NCBI RefSeq assembly: GCF_006345805.1
Contig: NC_043000.1
Coordinates: forward strand, 50,654,001-50,718,000
Source: Octopus sinensis
Taxonomy: Eukaryota
Length of the DNA: 64,000 nt
Direction: 5' to 3'
Each line of letters starts with the position of its first letter. Position 1 is the first letter of the stretch. Shown here in pieces: positions 52,166-64,000 of this stretch. Position numbers and translations under genes: made by a program. Below the pieces are notes generated by a model, which saw nothing but the letters and a program-made list of their open reading frames with translations, had not been told where the DNA came from and made no database searches.

Positions 52166-53650
52166 AACATTACTTTTTTTGTTTTTTACATATATCTATG
52201 TAAATACACTCACATATATACAAATGCACGCGCACCTCCACCTACGCACGCACACATACACACAAGCACATACAAAGGATGCGTTCCTGCACAGCTTTTG
52301 TTTATGAAATTCAATTCTACTCATAATCTATTAGTTCATATTCTATACATTGATATTGCATTCAGAACCACCTAACTGTAAAGCAAATTTTTCAATCACA
52401 CAGTCATACATGTACTTACGTCCACCTGCATTACAACAATATATTCCAAATATATTGTTGTAGTTATGTGACATCATAGACACTGTAAGTATTTATTATT
52501 TATACATCAGTGTATACCTAAGTACAATTACTCACATTCATTGTTTAACAAATACTGCACTTTAGTTATTTACTTTACGAATGTTAGCCATTTATCTCCA
52601 TAATCTATGGCATATTTACTCCTTTTAATTTCAGTTGTAGTTGGTAGTAGTATAAGCATTAATTTCTATTAATCATTCAAATGATTCATGCAGAGATGAA
52701 GAATTATTACTGTTGCTTTTTGAAATAATCGTTAAGTGATGTATTAGCTAACGTAGATGATTGTATGTACTTATTTTAGCCTCTGAGTCTGAAGTCAGTG
52801 AGGGCGAGGGGGGTTGAAATTTCTGACGACAGTCATGAAAATGTTGTTTTCCAATTAGAACAAAATCTCACAGCTTTCAATAAAGTGGATACCTGAGTGG
52901 CAGAATATAAATGACTACAACCATTAATCAAATGCAGGACTCCGCTGCTGCTGTCACCAACACCGCCATCACCACCACTTACAACAACAACAACAACAAC
53001 CACCACCATCACTGCTGCCACCATCATCACTACCAGCATCAACAACAACCACCATCACTTCCACCACTACCACCACTACCTCTATCAACATTGCTACCAT
53101 CATCTAACCCATTCGACAGTACTAATGAATATATCGTTACGTACTTATTGAACTGTTGGTTCAAAATGGAAATCTAAAAACAAGAAGATCAGATTTTAAG
53201 CACTTGAATTAATCACATGTCAGTAATAAACTGTTTCTTTTCCCTGCACTATCCATCAGGAAAACATTGAATAGTCCAGATCAGTGAACAACTTGTGTTT
53301 CATTTAGCTTCAATCAGAAATGCTTTCCCAATTTTGGCACATTTATCTTTCACAAGCAATGAATGAGTTTTGTGCTTCATCTGCAAGAGTCAGCTTGTAT
53401 TAAAACAGTGAGATTAATTGGTTTACTTGTCTGTATAAAATATCAGTATTTTGGATGTTCAATGTTCAGATTTGCAAACGCAGCCACATCAACATTTCTT
53501 AGTTAAGTTTCATTCTTATATTTTGGTAATCCACAAATTTATTGAAAATCTATGGGCATGATATCATGTTATGTTGATATGATTTCCAAACTGTTTGTGA
53601 CTCAAAATAAAAGAATCAGTTTGAATAGTAATGGTTGTAAAGTTAGTACA

Positions 53651-53681
<31 letters not shown>

Positions 53682-53683
<2 letters not shown>

Positions 53684-53831
53684 CCACTCTCGGAGTGGTT
53701 GGCGCTACGAAGGGCATTCAGCTGTAGAAACTCTGCCAGATCAGATTGGAGTCTGGTTCGCCAGACCTCAGTCAAATCGTCCAACCTATGCTAGCATGGA
53801 AAGTGGACATTAAATGATGATGATGATGATG
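53682..53831 (+). mobile_element. RTE 3' tail fragment
   Basis: Matches 37320-37484; (GAT)n end; directly follows (TA)n. Confidence 0.88.
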
Positions 53832-53862
53832 GTATATATATAGGATTCGATGGGTAAATATA

Positions 53863-54366
53863 TACAGAGTGTGATGAGTAAATTTCATATTTTTAATGCA
53901 TGTACATTGTTTGTTTTTGATTTTGTCAACTACACAGTATAGTAGGGTCAGTTGGGCACCATTTGGGAGAAAAACAGCACCATGACACAATTCACTCTGC
54001 CAGAAATTTGGAAATGACATACTATACTGATTTGCATTCATGCCGGAAGCTCCAATAGGAACATTATTTCAGAGTTTTGGGGTGTCAATCCGAGGATAGT
54101 GCAAAGGATTTGGAGAGTTGGATGAGTTTAATGGTAATTACAATGGTACAGCAACTCAGAAAACTCACTCTGATCATTCTAATAAGAAAAGAACTGAATT
54201 TGTTCGTGAGATCCTGGCCATGATTGACAACAATACCTCCAAGGCAATCAGGTCCATTGCCAGGAACATAGGAGTGTCTGAGTTTCTTATTAGGCATTTT
54301 ATACATTTATTTGTAAAGTTAAGAAAGTTATTAAAAATTGAAACACATCAGTGACTTTTGGGACAC

Positions 54367-54372
<6 letters not shown>
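53863..54372 (+). mobile_element. Internally deleted Tc1/mariner-superfamily element with N-terminal HTH remnant
   Basis: Ends share TATACAGAGTGT in inverted orientation; peptide KKRTEFVREILAMIDNNTSKAIRSIARNIGVSEFLIR. Confidence 0.6.
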
Positions 54373-54406
<34 letters not shown>

Positions 54407-54422
54407 CATACATATATATACA

Positions 54423-54455
<33 letters not shown>

Positions 54456-54532
54456 GTAAAATATTGGTAAAAATTAATATCAATATTTCCGAAAAAATAT
54501 GTTAATACAACGTTATCAAGGCAATTCAAAAT

Positions 54533-54570
<38 letters not shown>

Positions 54571-54574
<4 letters not shown>

Positions 54575-54728
54575 GTTAGGAAGGGCATCCAGCTGTAGGA
54601 ACTCTGCCAGATCAAGATTGGAGCCTGGTGCAGCCATCTGGTTCGCCAGCCCTCAGTCAAAATCGTCCAACCCATGCTAGCATGGAAAGCGGACGTCAAA
54701 CGATGATGATGATGATGATATGATGATC
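54571..54728 (+). mobile_element. RTE 3' tail fragment (young)
   Basis: TGGCGTTAGGAAGGGCATCCAGCTGTAG...GGACGTCAAACGATGATGAT; directly follows (TA)n. Confidence 0.9.
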
Positions 54729-54734
54729 CATGTG

Positions 54735-54948
54735 TGTGTGCGTGTGTATGTGTCTTTGTGTTGTGGTTGTTCCTTTCTCCTGCATGACAACTGGTGGTGT
54801 TGACGTCCCTCTAAATGAGACCTATAAAATATGTACCAGACTTAAAAACATAAGTACTGGGGTCGATTTCTTCAACTAAACCCTTCAAGAGGTGGTGCCT
54901 TAGTATGCCTGCAGTCCAGTAACTAAAACAAGTAAAAGTAAAAGATAA
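54735..54948 (+). mobile_element. Family A SINE 3' half, degenerate
   Basis: AAGTACTGGGGTCGATTTC...GGTGGTGCC...AAACAAGTAAAAG. Confidence 0.65.
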
Positions 54949-55273
54949 ATATATCTATTTGAGATAAGAATAAATATACAAATATAAATAACTTGTGTTA
55001 CACAAAATGTAAATATTTGGAGAATCCCAAATCTGCATCGGAAGAAATCATGTTGGCGGCTTCCCTTTTAATTCTGTATCAAATAGTTTGCATGTGTATC
55101 CACATTATATTTACGAATGTAAATAGATTTTATTCATTAGGCTCTAAATTAACCTTAAAAAGGCAATTAAATCCAATAATTTAGAATATAAATAATTGAG
55201 AAGTAATTAAAAACTTGCATTAATAAAGAGAAAAAAATTGTTTATACTAAGTATATATATATATATATATATA

Positions 55274-55304
<31 letters not shown>

Positions 55305-56163
55305 ATGTGTGTGTGTATGTGTGTTACTTGAAAACAATGGTGCCATTTTGGGTGTGTTGTTTGTAATAAAAGACAACTAGAATACTACTAATTTAATGTT
55401 CAGATTAATTGATTTTATTGTTATATTTACAGTATATGATAGCATACATACAACAAGTACTGTTTGTTTAGATTCATATCTTCTTTTAACAAGTTAGATA
55501 AAATGCTAAAACAGGGGAGATGCTTGTTGAAGACCATTTAGCATAATATACAAACATCATAAATACCTTCCAAGCATTTTTCTGAATACAGCTATTAAAT
55601 TGTTGTTCAAAACCAGGCATATTCTTGTACACAAACTGTTAAATAGCATGTGCTGAGATGGATAACAACACCATAAACTATACCGTTCTAAAATTAGATG
55701 ATAGGTATACATTATATATATGTATGTGTGTTTATGTGTTTGTGTATATGTGCGTGTATTTGTTTGTGCAGCTGTATGTTTATGTGTACAGGTATATATG
55801 TGTACATGTGTAGGCACAACATTTTAGAAGTCATTAATTTATACCTCAATGATTCTCTTTTTAGTTTCTTTAAATTCTCATTTGGAAACATATTTATCAA
55901 TCCAATACTACATTCCAATAAAATATCATATTTGTTAACTAATAATCACCTGCATTATTGATTGGTTGTGGTATATTGTTTTCCATTTCTTTATATGCCA
56001 TCAGCTGCAATCAAATTACATTCAAAATACTTGAGAATTTACAATAGTTGATCATATACATAAGTGTCTCTGTAGCTATATTAGATACATATGCTTACAT
56101 ACAGACACACACACACAATCACACACATTTGCACATACACATGTGTGTCTATGTATATGTATA

Positions 56164-56224
<61 letters not shown>

Positions 56225-57559
56225 CTATGTATATGTAGTTATGTATATATTCCTGCACACGTTAATAGTCACCTGGAAAGACCCAGACAACTACACAAAA
56301 GCACACATACAACATATGTTGTGTGTGTTTGATATATATATATATATATATATATATGGATAGAGTGTAGAAGAAAGTGCTGAAAGACAAAGCTATACAC
56401 ACAGCTACACATCACTATATCAATGTTAATTGAGAACAAGTTGTATTACTGTAATGAGACTATATATACATAGATATGTTGGAAATGAGTGTGAATGCTA
56501 ATATGATTAATTCTGGTATTATTAAATACATTCTCAGTCAGCCAATACTTATTACTATATTGGACTTCATCAGCAATCTTTCCATATTCTACTTTACTAT
56601 GTTTTTTTTTTCTTGCCTGACTTGTTTAAATTTTTTTCCTTCCTCATTAATAAAGTGAATTTAGTTAAAATCATTTAATTAGTTTCTAGGTTCAGTAATG
56701 TTTTTTTTATTAACTGTTTTCCTAGTAATTGGTCTCTCTTTCTTAAACATATTACATATTCTTTTAGTATAGTTTATATCCATATGCTGATATATGTAAT
56801 CAGTTTATAATGGTGTAGAGCACAATCTTTTTGAGGATTTTGGCCTGTATTCTTTTTTTTTATTACTGTAATTTAATTAGTGATATTTTAATATATGGAT
56901 ATTTTCACTGAAATTTAATCAAAATTTTGAATTTGTTAGATCAATTAAAAACCATGCTGTAGTATCTATAAATATAAATCAAACAGAATGAGTGTTTAAA
57001 GTTTGGGTATATGATTTCCAGCTTTGGAAGAAGTTACTATATATGCTTAATGCTTCCTTTCTGGAATCCAATGTTAATTGTAATTGGCAGTTAAATATTT
57101 AACATTACGATATTCAGAATGCTATGAATATTAATTATCAAGTTATTAGTATGAAAATGTATCTAAATCATGCCAGGATGCTAAAGGCAAAATTTATGTA
57201 ACAGCAAAGAATCTTGTTAACGATTGTATCTCTCTGTCTATTCCTCTTTTTCAGTTTTTCTTTCTTTCTATCCCCATTTCTCTTTGAGAAGCATTATTGC
57301 CGGCTAAAGTTGTGAATCTATGGCTACTTTATTTTATGCAACTTTAATGTGACATACACAATCTTTCAAAATTTCATTTGACAACTTATATTGTCAAATG
57401 GTGATGAACCATCATCATTTTATTTTGGAAGAAATTTCTGTCACTTCTTTAAAATGTTTCTTTGTGTGTCGTATTAAAGATTAGAACATTTACATGATGC
57501 ATGAAATGCCACATGATATTTAACACCAGTTTGAACTAAAAACTACTGTAAGTGATAAA

Positions 57560-58200
57560 GCACTCCAGCTTTACCATTTGTAGTCTTTTGTCATCTTCAT
57601 CATTATGCTCAACATCCTGATAGTGTTTTCTTCTTCACATGTCTTCATTGGTCTTCCTCTCCACAGGCTCCTTCTACTTTACTTATAGAGTGCGTCTTTA
57701 TCCAGTTGCTATTTTCAGTACACATAGCATGTCTCTCTCTCATACATAGCATCAAGTTGAACAACACTCATTAATTGTTAGATGTCAGGGACACTATATC
57801 CACTGTCTTCTTTGATCTTTCTCTTTGCAGGTTCCATCAGTTTTTATCACTTAGTGCTTAATTATCTAACAATACACACCACAAATCTCTACCATTACAA
57901 TCCCCTCTCTTGCACAATACATTTGAGATTTTTTCACCCAAGATTTTTTCTTCTTCCCTACTCATTTGTTCTTTGTTTTTTATGCTTCCTCACATTCATC
58001 CAGTGGAAGATGATCGGCTCATTCCTTCCCAGTCTTCACACATCTACATTCAGTGCCTATGTTTGCCTTTCAGTTTGTAATTTATATAGAAGCATTATAC
58101 AATCTGCCTTCACCCAAAGAGAGAATTCTTTTGTTGTCAGCACCCAACTTCATTCCTAATGAAATCATGTGGGAAAGAGAATCTGTTAATAACTTCTGTT
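57560..58200 (-). pseudogene. Highly degenerate RTE C-terminal fragment
   Basis: Minus strand gives GRGRPMKT.EE at ~57655, like 36985-37015; the rest is heavily decayed. Confidence 0.5.
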
Positions 58201-59559
58201 GATGCTTCTGAGCATTTAAACAATTTATTTCATGAATGATTTTACTACTGACCACTGTCTCCCCTGTTGGAAGTTTCCTTTATATGTTAGCCCTAAGAGA
58301 TTTTCTATGATTTAAAACTTTGCTAAATTGTTACAGATATTTGAAAGAAATCAATGACTAGAGTTGAAAAATTACATTATATATTGTAATTTTAATGAAA
58401 AAATATTAGAATTATTGTCATAGAAATGTTGACCAGGGTTGGTGTTTGAAGAAAATATCGTATGGGTCAATCCAAATTTTGCAAGAAAATTTATTTTTCA
58501 AAATATCCCTCATTAAAATATACCTAGGTATGTAAGGTGTATATTTTCAAAACTAGATTATTTCAGTCTACACATTACTTGCAGCAATGCATCAAATACT
58601 CGTTCTCACATTTATGCTTCAATATTATTATAACATTTATTTTATAATAGTATTCTAAGAATTACTGGAACATCAGTTCTAAAATTGCTGCCATTATACC
58701 CTTTGGAACATATTACATCAAAATGGTAATACATTACTGTCATTTCTTGGACCAAATTCTTTGTAATATATCATGAAAAGGCCTAACTATTCTACACCAC
58801 TGAACTGAAATTCGCTAAACTCAGCAAACATTGCAGAAACTTTTAATTACAAAAGCAGGTTTGATATCATACTATATCTGACAGGTCTCCACTTAAATAC
58901 TTCACTCAAAACAAGTAAGCTCCATATAATAGTCACAAAACCAGATTCAAACACTTCTTAGCTAGTGTGTTTGACCAATGGATCATTTTTAATTCACTAC
59001 TCTAACCAAACAGACATCTGACATTGTCATTTCATAGGTTTAGTCGCACAAAAATAACTGGTTATTCAGTTTGTGCATAATTTATATAAATAGCAGATAT
59101 TCTTCAGCAGAAGGACATTTTTTAAAGGTGTGACATTTTTTTTGTAACTGATTAATCTTTCTATTATTTAGCTATTGATATATGAACATATTCTTAGTTG
59201 TCTGGTTTTGATGAATACTTTTATCAACCACAATTGATTGTTTTCTCTTTCCCCTGCTTTTAATTATTCTTTTTGACTTCATGCTTGCCTGAATATATTC
59301 ATAATAGATATCAGCTTGTTTATCCATAATTTTTTCTGAGTGTATCTATTGTTCTCTTTGTGCATTTACTTTTTCCAACTTCATGTATTTCTGGTTATTT
59401 ATAACTATTTCTTGGGTTTGTTTAACTTACACTCATAACGAGCTTAATAATAATATTGCCGTGTTACTGATTGTTTCAGTATGTTTTACTTCTTTTAATG
59501 CAAAGAACAGAAAGAGCACAATTTACACATTTTACATTTTGTTTGACCTGCTAGAAGTA

Positions 59560-60150
59560 GCAACCATATCTGTCTCATATCACATCCCACTGGTTTAATA
59601 AAGGAAGGACATATTGCATAATATTGTCCTGTATGTATTATGTACCAAATGAAGATGATCATAGCTGGAATGTCTTCCACTGTAAGTTTGCCTGATAAGA
59701 GCTGACCTGAAACCAGACAATATCAATAATCAAAATAAACAAAAATACTCAGTGAAAGAGCAACTGGACATCAAAGAGTACAGTGTGTTATTGCAGTAAA
59801 TTCCAACTCACAAACTATATGTTCAATCCCACAACAAACAACTATATACATCTATGACAAAGTCCTTACAACATCATCTTATTTACTCTGGAATATATAC
59901 AAATAGCAGCATCAATAAACTAATATGCCTCAACCATATTTCTTGTATGGACATCATTAGGGTTAATGACTGAGAAACAGTAACTCTTGTGTTCTGACCA
60001 ATTGTCTTGAGTAAGGTTTCCCCTGTTGCAAACATGGAGAATAGGTCCCAATGTGAAAATGTGTTGTTTTGGATTGCTCTTTCCCATGTTTACTGTTATG
60101 GATTGTCAGTGTGTCAGAAGGCAAAGAAAGAAAAGGTTTCCAGATGGAAG
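59560..60150 (-). pseudogene. Possible degenerate RTE AP-endonuclease region
   Basis: Minus-strand IGTYSPCLQQGK resembles the IGTWNV.TL.Q.GK start motif; LEFTAI follows. Weak support. Confidence 0.3.
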
Positions 60151-60323
60151 TCTGTTACCAAGGAAAACAGAAACCCAGATGTTACACATGTGTAATGACT
60201 CAGTCAGTGCAAAAAACTCTGTAGTATCTCCCCCCATTTTATGACTAGTTTATGACTTGTGTACACATAAGAAGCCCATCAGTAGCAATTAACTTTCAGT
60301 TTGGCTATTCAGAGGAATGTATA

Positions 60324-60738
60324 CTCTTTTCTCTTTTTACTCTTTTATTTGTTTCAGTCATTTGACTGCGGCCATGCTGGAGCACTGCCTTTAATCGAGG
60401 AGCTCGACCCCGGGACCTATTCTTTTGTAAGCCCAGTACTTATTCTATCGGTCTCTTTTGCCGAACCGCTAAGTAGCGGGGACATAAACACACCAGCATC
60501 GGTTGTCAAGCAATGCTAGGGGGACAAACACAGACACACAAACACACACATGCATATATATATACATATATACGACAGGCTTCTTTCAGTTTCCGTCTAC
60601 CAAATCCACTCACAAGGCTTTGGTCGGCCCGAGGCTACAGTAGAAGACACTTGCCCAAGATGCCACGCAGTGGGACTGAACCCAGAACCATGTGGTTGCT
60701 TAGCAAGCTACTTACCACACAGCCACTCCTGCGCCTAT
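60324..60738 (-). mobile_element. SINE family A (young)
   Basis: Full length, CpGs retained. Confidence 0.94.
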
Positions 60739-62412
60739 GTAGTGGTTAGTAACAAAACTTGGATTCCTGTTTTACTCTTTCACTGAAATATTAAAGAAAG
60801 AAATCATTAAGGAAAAGTCTATTAAAAAAAACAATAACAGATTGTCTCAGCACGAAGCTTCATACCTTATTGTACTAACATGAAAATCTCATTTTATTTC
60901 TTTGTGACACAAGATGGCTTATCCTCTTTCTCTAGCTCATATTTGTTGTCCAGTTTATTTGCAATTATTTGCAATTCAAACTTCATTGTAAAAAACTAAT
61001 GTTTATACGTGGATTCCTTCATTTCTTTAAATCCATTTGTTGTGGACCCTCATCCCTCACCCCCCCCCAAAAAAAAGAAGTGAGCAACAGGTGCTTCATT
61101 ATGTATCAAATGGCAAATTCCTTTGAAGTCATTGTCCTCGGTGACTTCAATACATGCCAACCTGTATTGTGTTACATACTGATTCCACTCTGACAATGTT
61201 AGTACTCTATATATGCTGTAGAGTTTGAGGTTTATGTAATTTATTTGGTTAGTGTCATCTGTGATATTTTTCCCTATTCCTACCAAACCGCAACATGGCT
61301 TGTGTTTGAAGAAAATGCATAGTATATTAGTAGTGACTCATATGACATAAGTCCCCCCCCCCCCACACACACACACAAAAATACATATGTGTGTGTGTGT
61401 GTGTGTGTGTGTGTATACACTTGCATGTGTGTGTTGTATACGTACATGTATATGATACACATGCGTGCATGCACACACACACATATACATATTTATCTTT
61501 TTATCTATTATTTAGTCGAGTGCAGTGTTATCTCAAATATAAAGTGAGCTCCACATTTTGTAGCTGAAAAATCAATATATTTTATCTCCTTCTAATGTGA
61601 CCCCCCCAATCAATGGGATAGTTATTAACACTTTTTATGAAATGAACAAATTATCTCTGAAAAGTTTGAATCATAAAACACATACTTGCTCACTAAGGTA
61701 AATTTTTAATCTGATTCCACTCTTTTTCACATCCATACCTGTATTGGTTGTATAATGAAAATTTAGTTTTAACAACCAGCATCTGTTAGTAATGTAATTC
61801 TCATTTTACACTTTATTTGTTTTAATGAAATAACTGTTAACAATTGTTATGTACAACAATACAATGCCAGCATGCTAGCCACAGGCAGTGCAGTGTATAC
61901 ATTGCTTGTTAGATGCCTTGAGATTTGAGTTTTGATGTCATTGGTTTCACAAATTAGTTTTTTTTTTGTTTTTGTTAGACTCAAATATAATACCATTCAC
62001 TCTCCAATTTTGACTGTTTTTTTTTAAATCAGATTTCTCACATTACACATCTACAATGTCTTAACTCATGTAGTGTTTCCTATTTCAATAATGCAGCTGC
62101 CCTATGAACCTGTATACCTACTTTACTGGTGTCTACTGACATCAGTTTTGAGCAAAAAAAAAATCAAAAAAGTGATTTTAAATAAAATTTTTAATGGGAT
62201 TATAAAACTTGGGTTCTTCCCCACCTTTTACTGGCAACTAAAGAAAGATATAATAATGTAGCCACATATAAATGTGTGAGTTTTGTGAGTGTGATCTGTC
62301 TATTATGATTGTCCATTACATAAACATTAGCATTCATTAACTTTTTGTTCCTGTTGCATACTAAGATGTGTATGAACATCCATTTATATTCATATGTTTA
62401 ATTTACTAACAT

Positions 62413-62825
62413 ATAGGCGCAGGAGTAGCTGTGTGGTAAGTAGCTTGCATACGAGCCACATGGTTCTGGGTTCAGTCCCACTGCGTGGCACCTTGGGCAA
62501 GTGTCTTCTACTATAGCCTTGGGCCAACCAAAGCCTTGTGAGTGGATTTAGTAGATGGTAACTGAAAGAAGCCCGTCGTATATATGTATATATATGTGTG
62601 TATGTGTGTGTATATGGTTGTGTGTCTGTGTTTGTCCCCTAACATCGCTTGACAATCGATGCTGGTGTGTTCACGTCCCCGTAACTTAGCGGTTTGGCAA
62701 AAGAGACCGATAGAATAAGTACTAGGCTTACAAAGAATAAGTCCTGGGGTCGATTTCTTCGACTAAAGGCGATGCTCCAGCATGGCTGCACTCAAATGAC
62801 TGAAACAAGTAAAAGAGTAAAGAGA
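62413..62825 (+). mobile_element. SINE family A (young)
   Basis: Full length ATAGGCGCAGGAG...AAAAGAGTAAAGAG. Confidence 0.94.
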
Positions 62826-63009
62826 ATACGTATTGATATATTAATGATGATAAGGAACTTATGGTAAATGGAAGCTACTTTTTAAGATACTCTACTACAT
62901 GCTATAAAGGTTTTTTTTCTTGTGTAGAATTTAAATATATATTATTCATTCACTTAGTTGGTTTCAGTTTTTCATTTGAATCAGTAATTTATTCGACAAA
63001 TATTTATAT

Positions 63010-63215
63010 GATTGCTAGATCGTAGGTTCAATTCCCTGATTGGGTAGCACATTGTGTTCTTGAGCAAAACACTTCGTTTTACATCACTGCACTTCCCCTT
63101 CAATCAGCGAGGACTGGTGGCCTGCTCACTTAGCCAGCAGAGTGGCATCATTTGAAGGCTAAAACAATGCAAAGCTCATTGTGACCAGTGATGTGTAACA
63201 GCATCTGATAACCTG
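63010..63215 (+). mobile_element. Degenerate family-C-like SINE with a different tail
   Basis: GGTTCAATTCCC...CATTGTGTTCTTGAGCAAAACACTT core, then a tail unrelated to 48738. Confidence 0.55.
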
Positions 63216-63854
63216 GTACGTCATGTGATCATGTGATTAGGAATATGCTTCTTTTATGTGTATATATTTAGTGAAAGTAGAAAATATACTATTATATACA
63301 CACATGGAAAGTAAAATTCAAATATCTTCATATCTGACTAAAATTAATATTTTCTCTTATGACAAAAATTTTAACTGTACTTCAAAAGTTGTTTTCAAAT
63401 AGATGTGGGATGTGTATGAAATTCTTTCAAGAATCTTAAGTTTGTATAAATATTAACATTCTTTCATTTAATTTTTTTTCTGAGATAAAAGATCTTGTTT
63501 TCGTAACATAATTATGGTTTTAGAGAATGATTGATCTCTGTTGATATCCTTAAAATCACTTATTGCCTCGCAGCTGCTATTGGTAATATAATCAATAGTG
63601 CAAGTTATTTATTTGGTATATATAATTCACGTCACTCTTGGTAATTAGGTCATTTTTATTTATTTTCATTGAGCTATTTATCAGTATCTAAGTTGAGGAA
63701 AAATCACTTCAAAATAAAATATTTTCCCTCTAAAATAAAGAATATTTATTATTCTAATATTGTATCCTAACAGGTGCATGAAAATATGATTCGTTGAAAT
63801 AGTATGAAAATATTTTTAGGATGTTTAAATTTGAACTGTTCAAACCATGAGTCT

Positions 63855-63919
63855 GAATTGGATGCTAGAATTGCAGGTGCTAGAATTGGATGCAAGAATT
63901 GCAGATGCTAGAATTGCAG
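63855..63919. repeat. Short tandem repeat with alternating 13/15-bp units (28-bp period)
   Basis: GAATTGGATGCTA / GAATTGCAG(G/A)TGCTA alternating. Confidence 0.85.
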
Positions 63920-64000
63920 AAGAGGAGAGATTAGTTAGAAGGCCAAACTCATCACTTCAGTTTTTGTACCTATCCTCACTTATGGTCATGAACGTTGGAT

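Noticed and set aside
52833-53177. Poly-T/N/H/Q/P ORF resembling a transcription-factor low-complexity region
   Set aside because: Degenerate (CAA/CAC/CAT)n tract with no domain or splice support.

Overview
AT-rich, microsatellite-dense eukaryotic DNA with no confidently identifiable host gene. The repeat families and (TA)n/(CA)n density suggest an octopus-like cephalopod genome; this is an inference from recalled repeat families, not a database result. Nearly all six-frame ORFs are microsatellite or repeat artefacts. The window holds about 25 tRNA-derived SINEs of at least 4 modular families, a long RTE-clade LINE plus 5'-truncated RTE tails, three R4/Dong-like LINE fragments in (TAA)n arrays, one full-length decayed Tc1 element, a mariner-type remnant and two copies of a mariner-type MITE. 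The top finding is a ~306-bp element (46452-46757) built as tRNA-like Pol III head + (TAA)n linker + minimal type I hammerhead ribozyme motif of the Penelope-like-element kind. It is inserted as a head-to-head palindrome between a target-site duplication, with further copies at ~4.3 kb and ~2.2 kb. A second, unrelated hammerhead-like core lies in the loop of a 56-bp hairpin at ~10.3 kb. Three local inverted duplications (128, ~378 and 129 bp) copy neighbouring DNA across short spacers. A possible chain of minus-strand (micro)exons is noted at low confidence. All motif calls were made by eye; no ribozyme activity is demonstrated, and each genomic hammerhead copy carries some decay.
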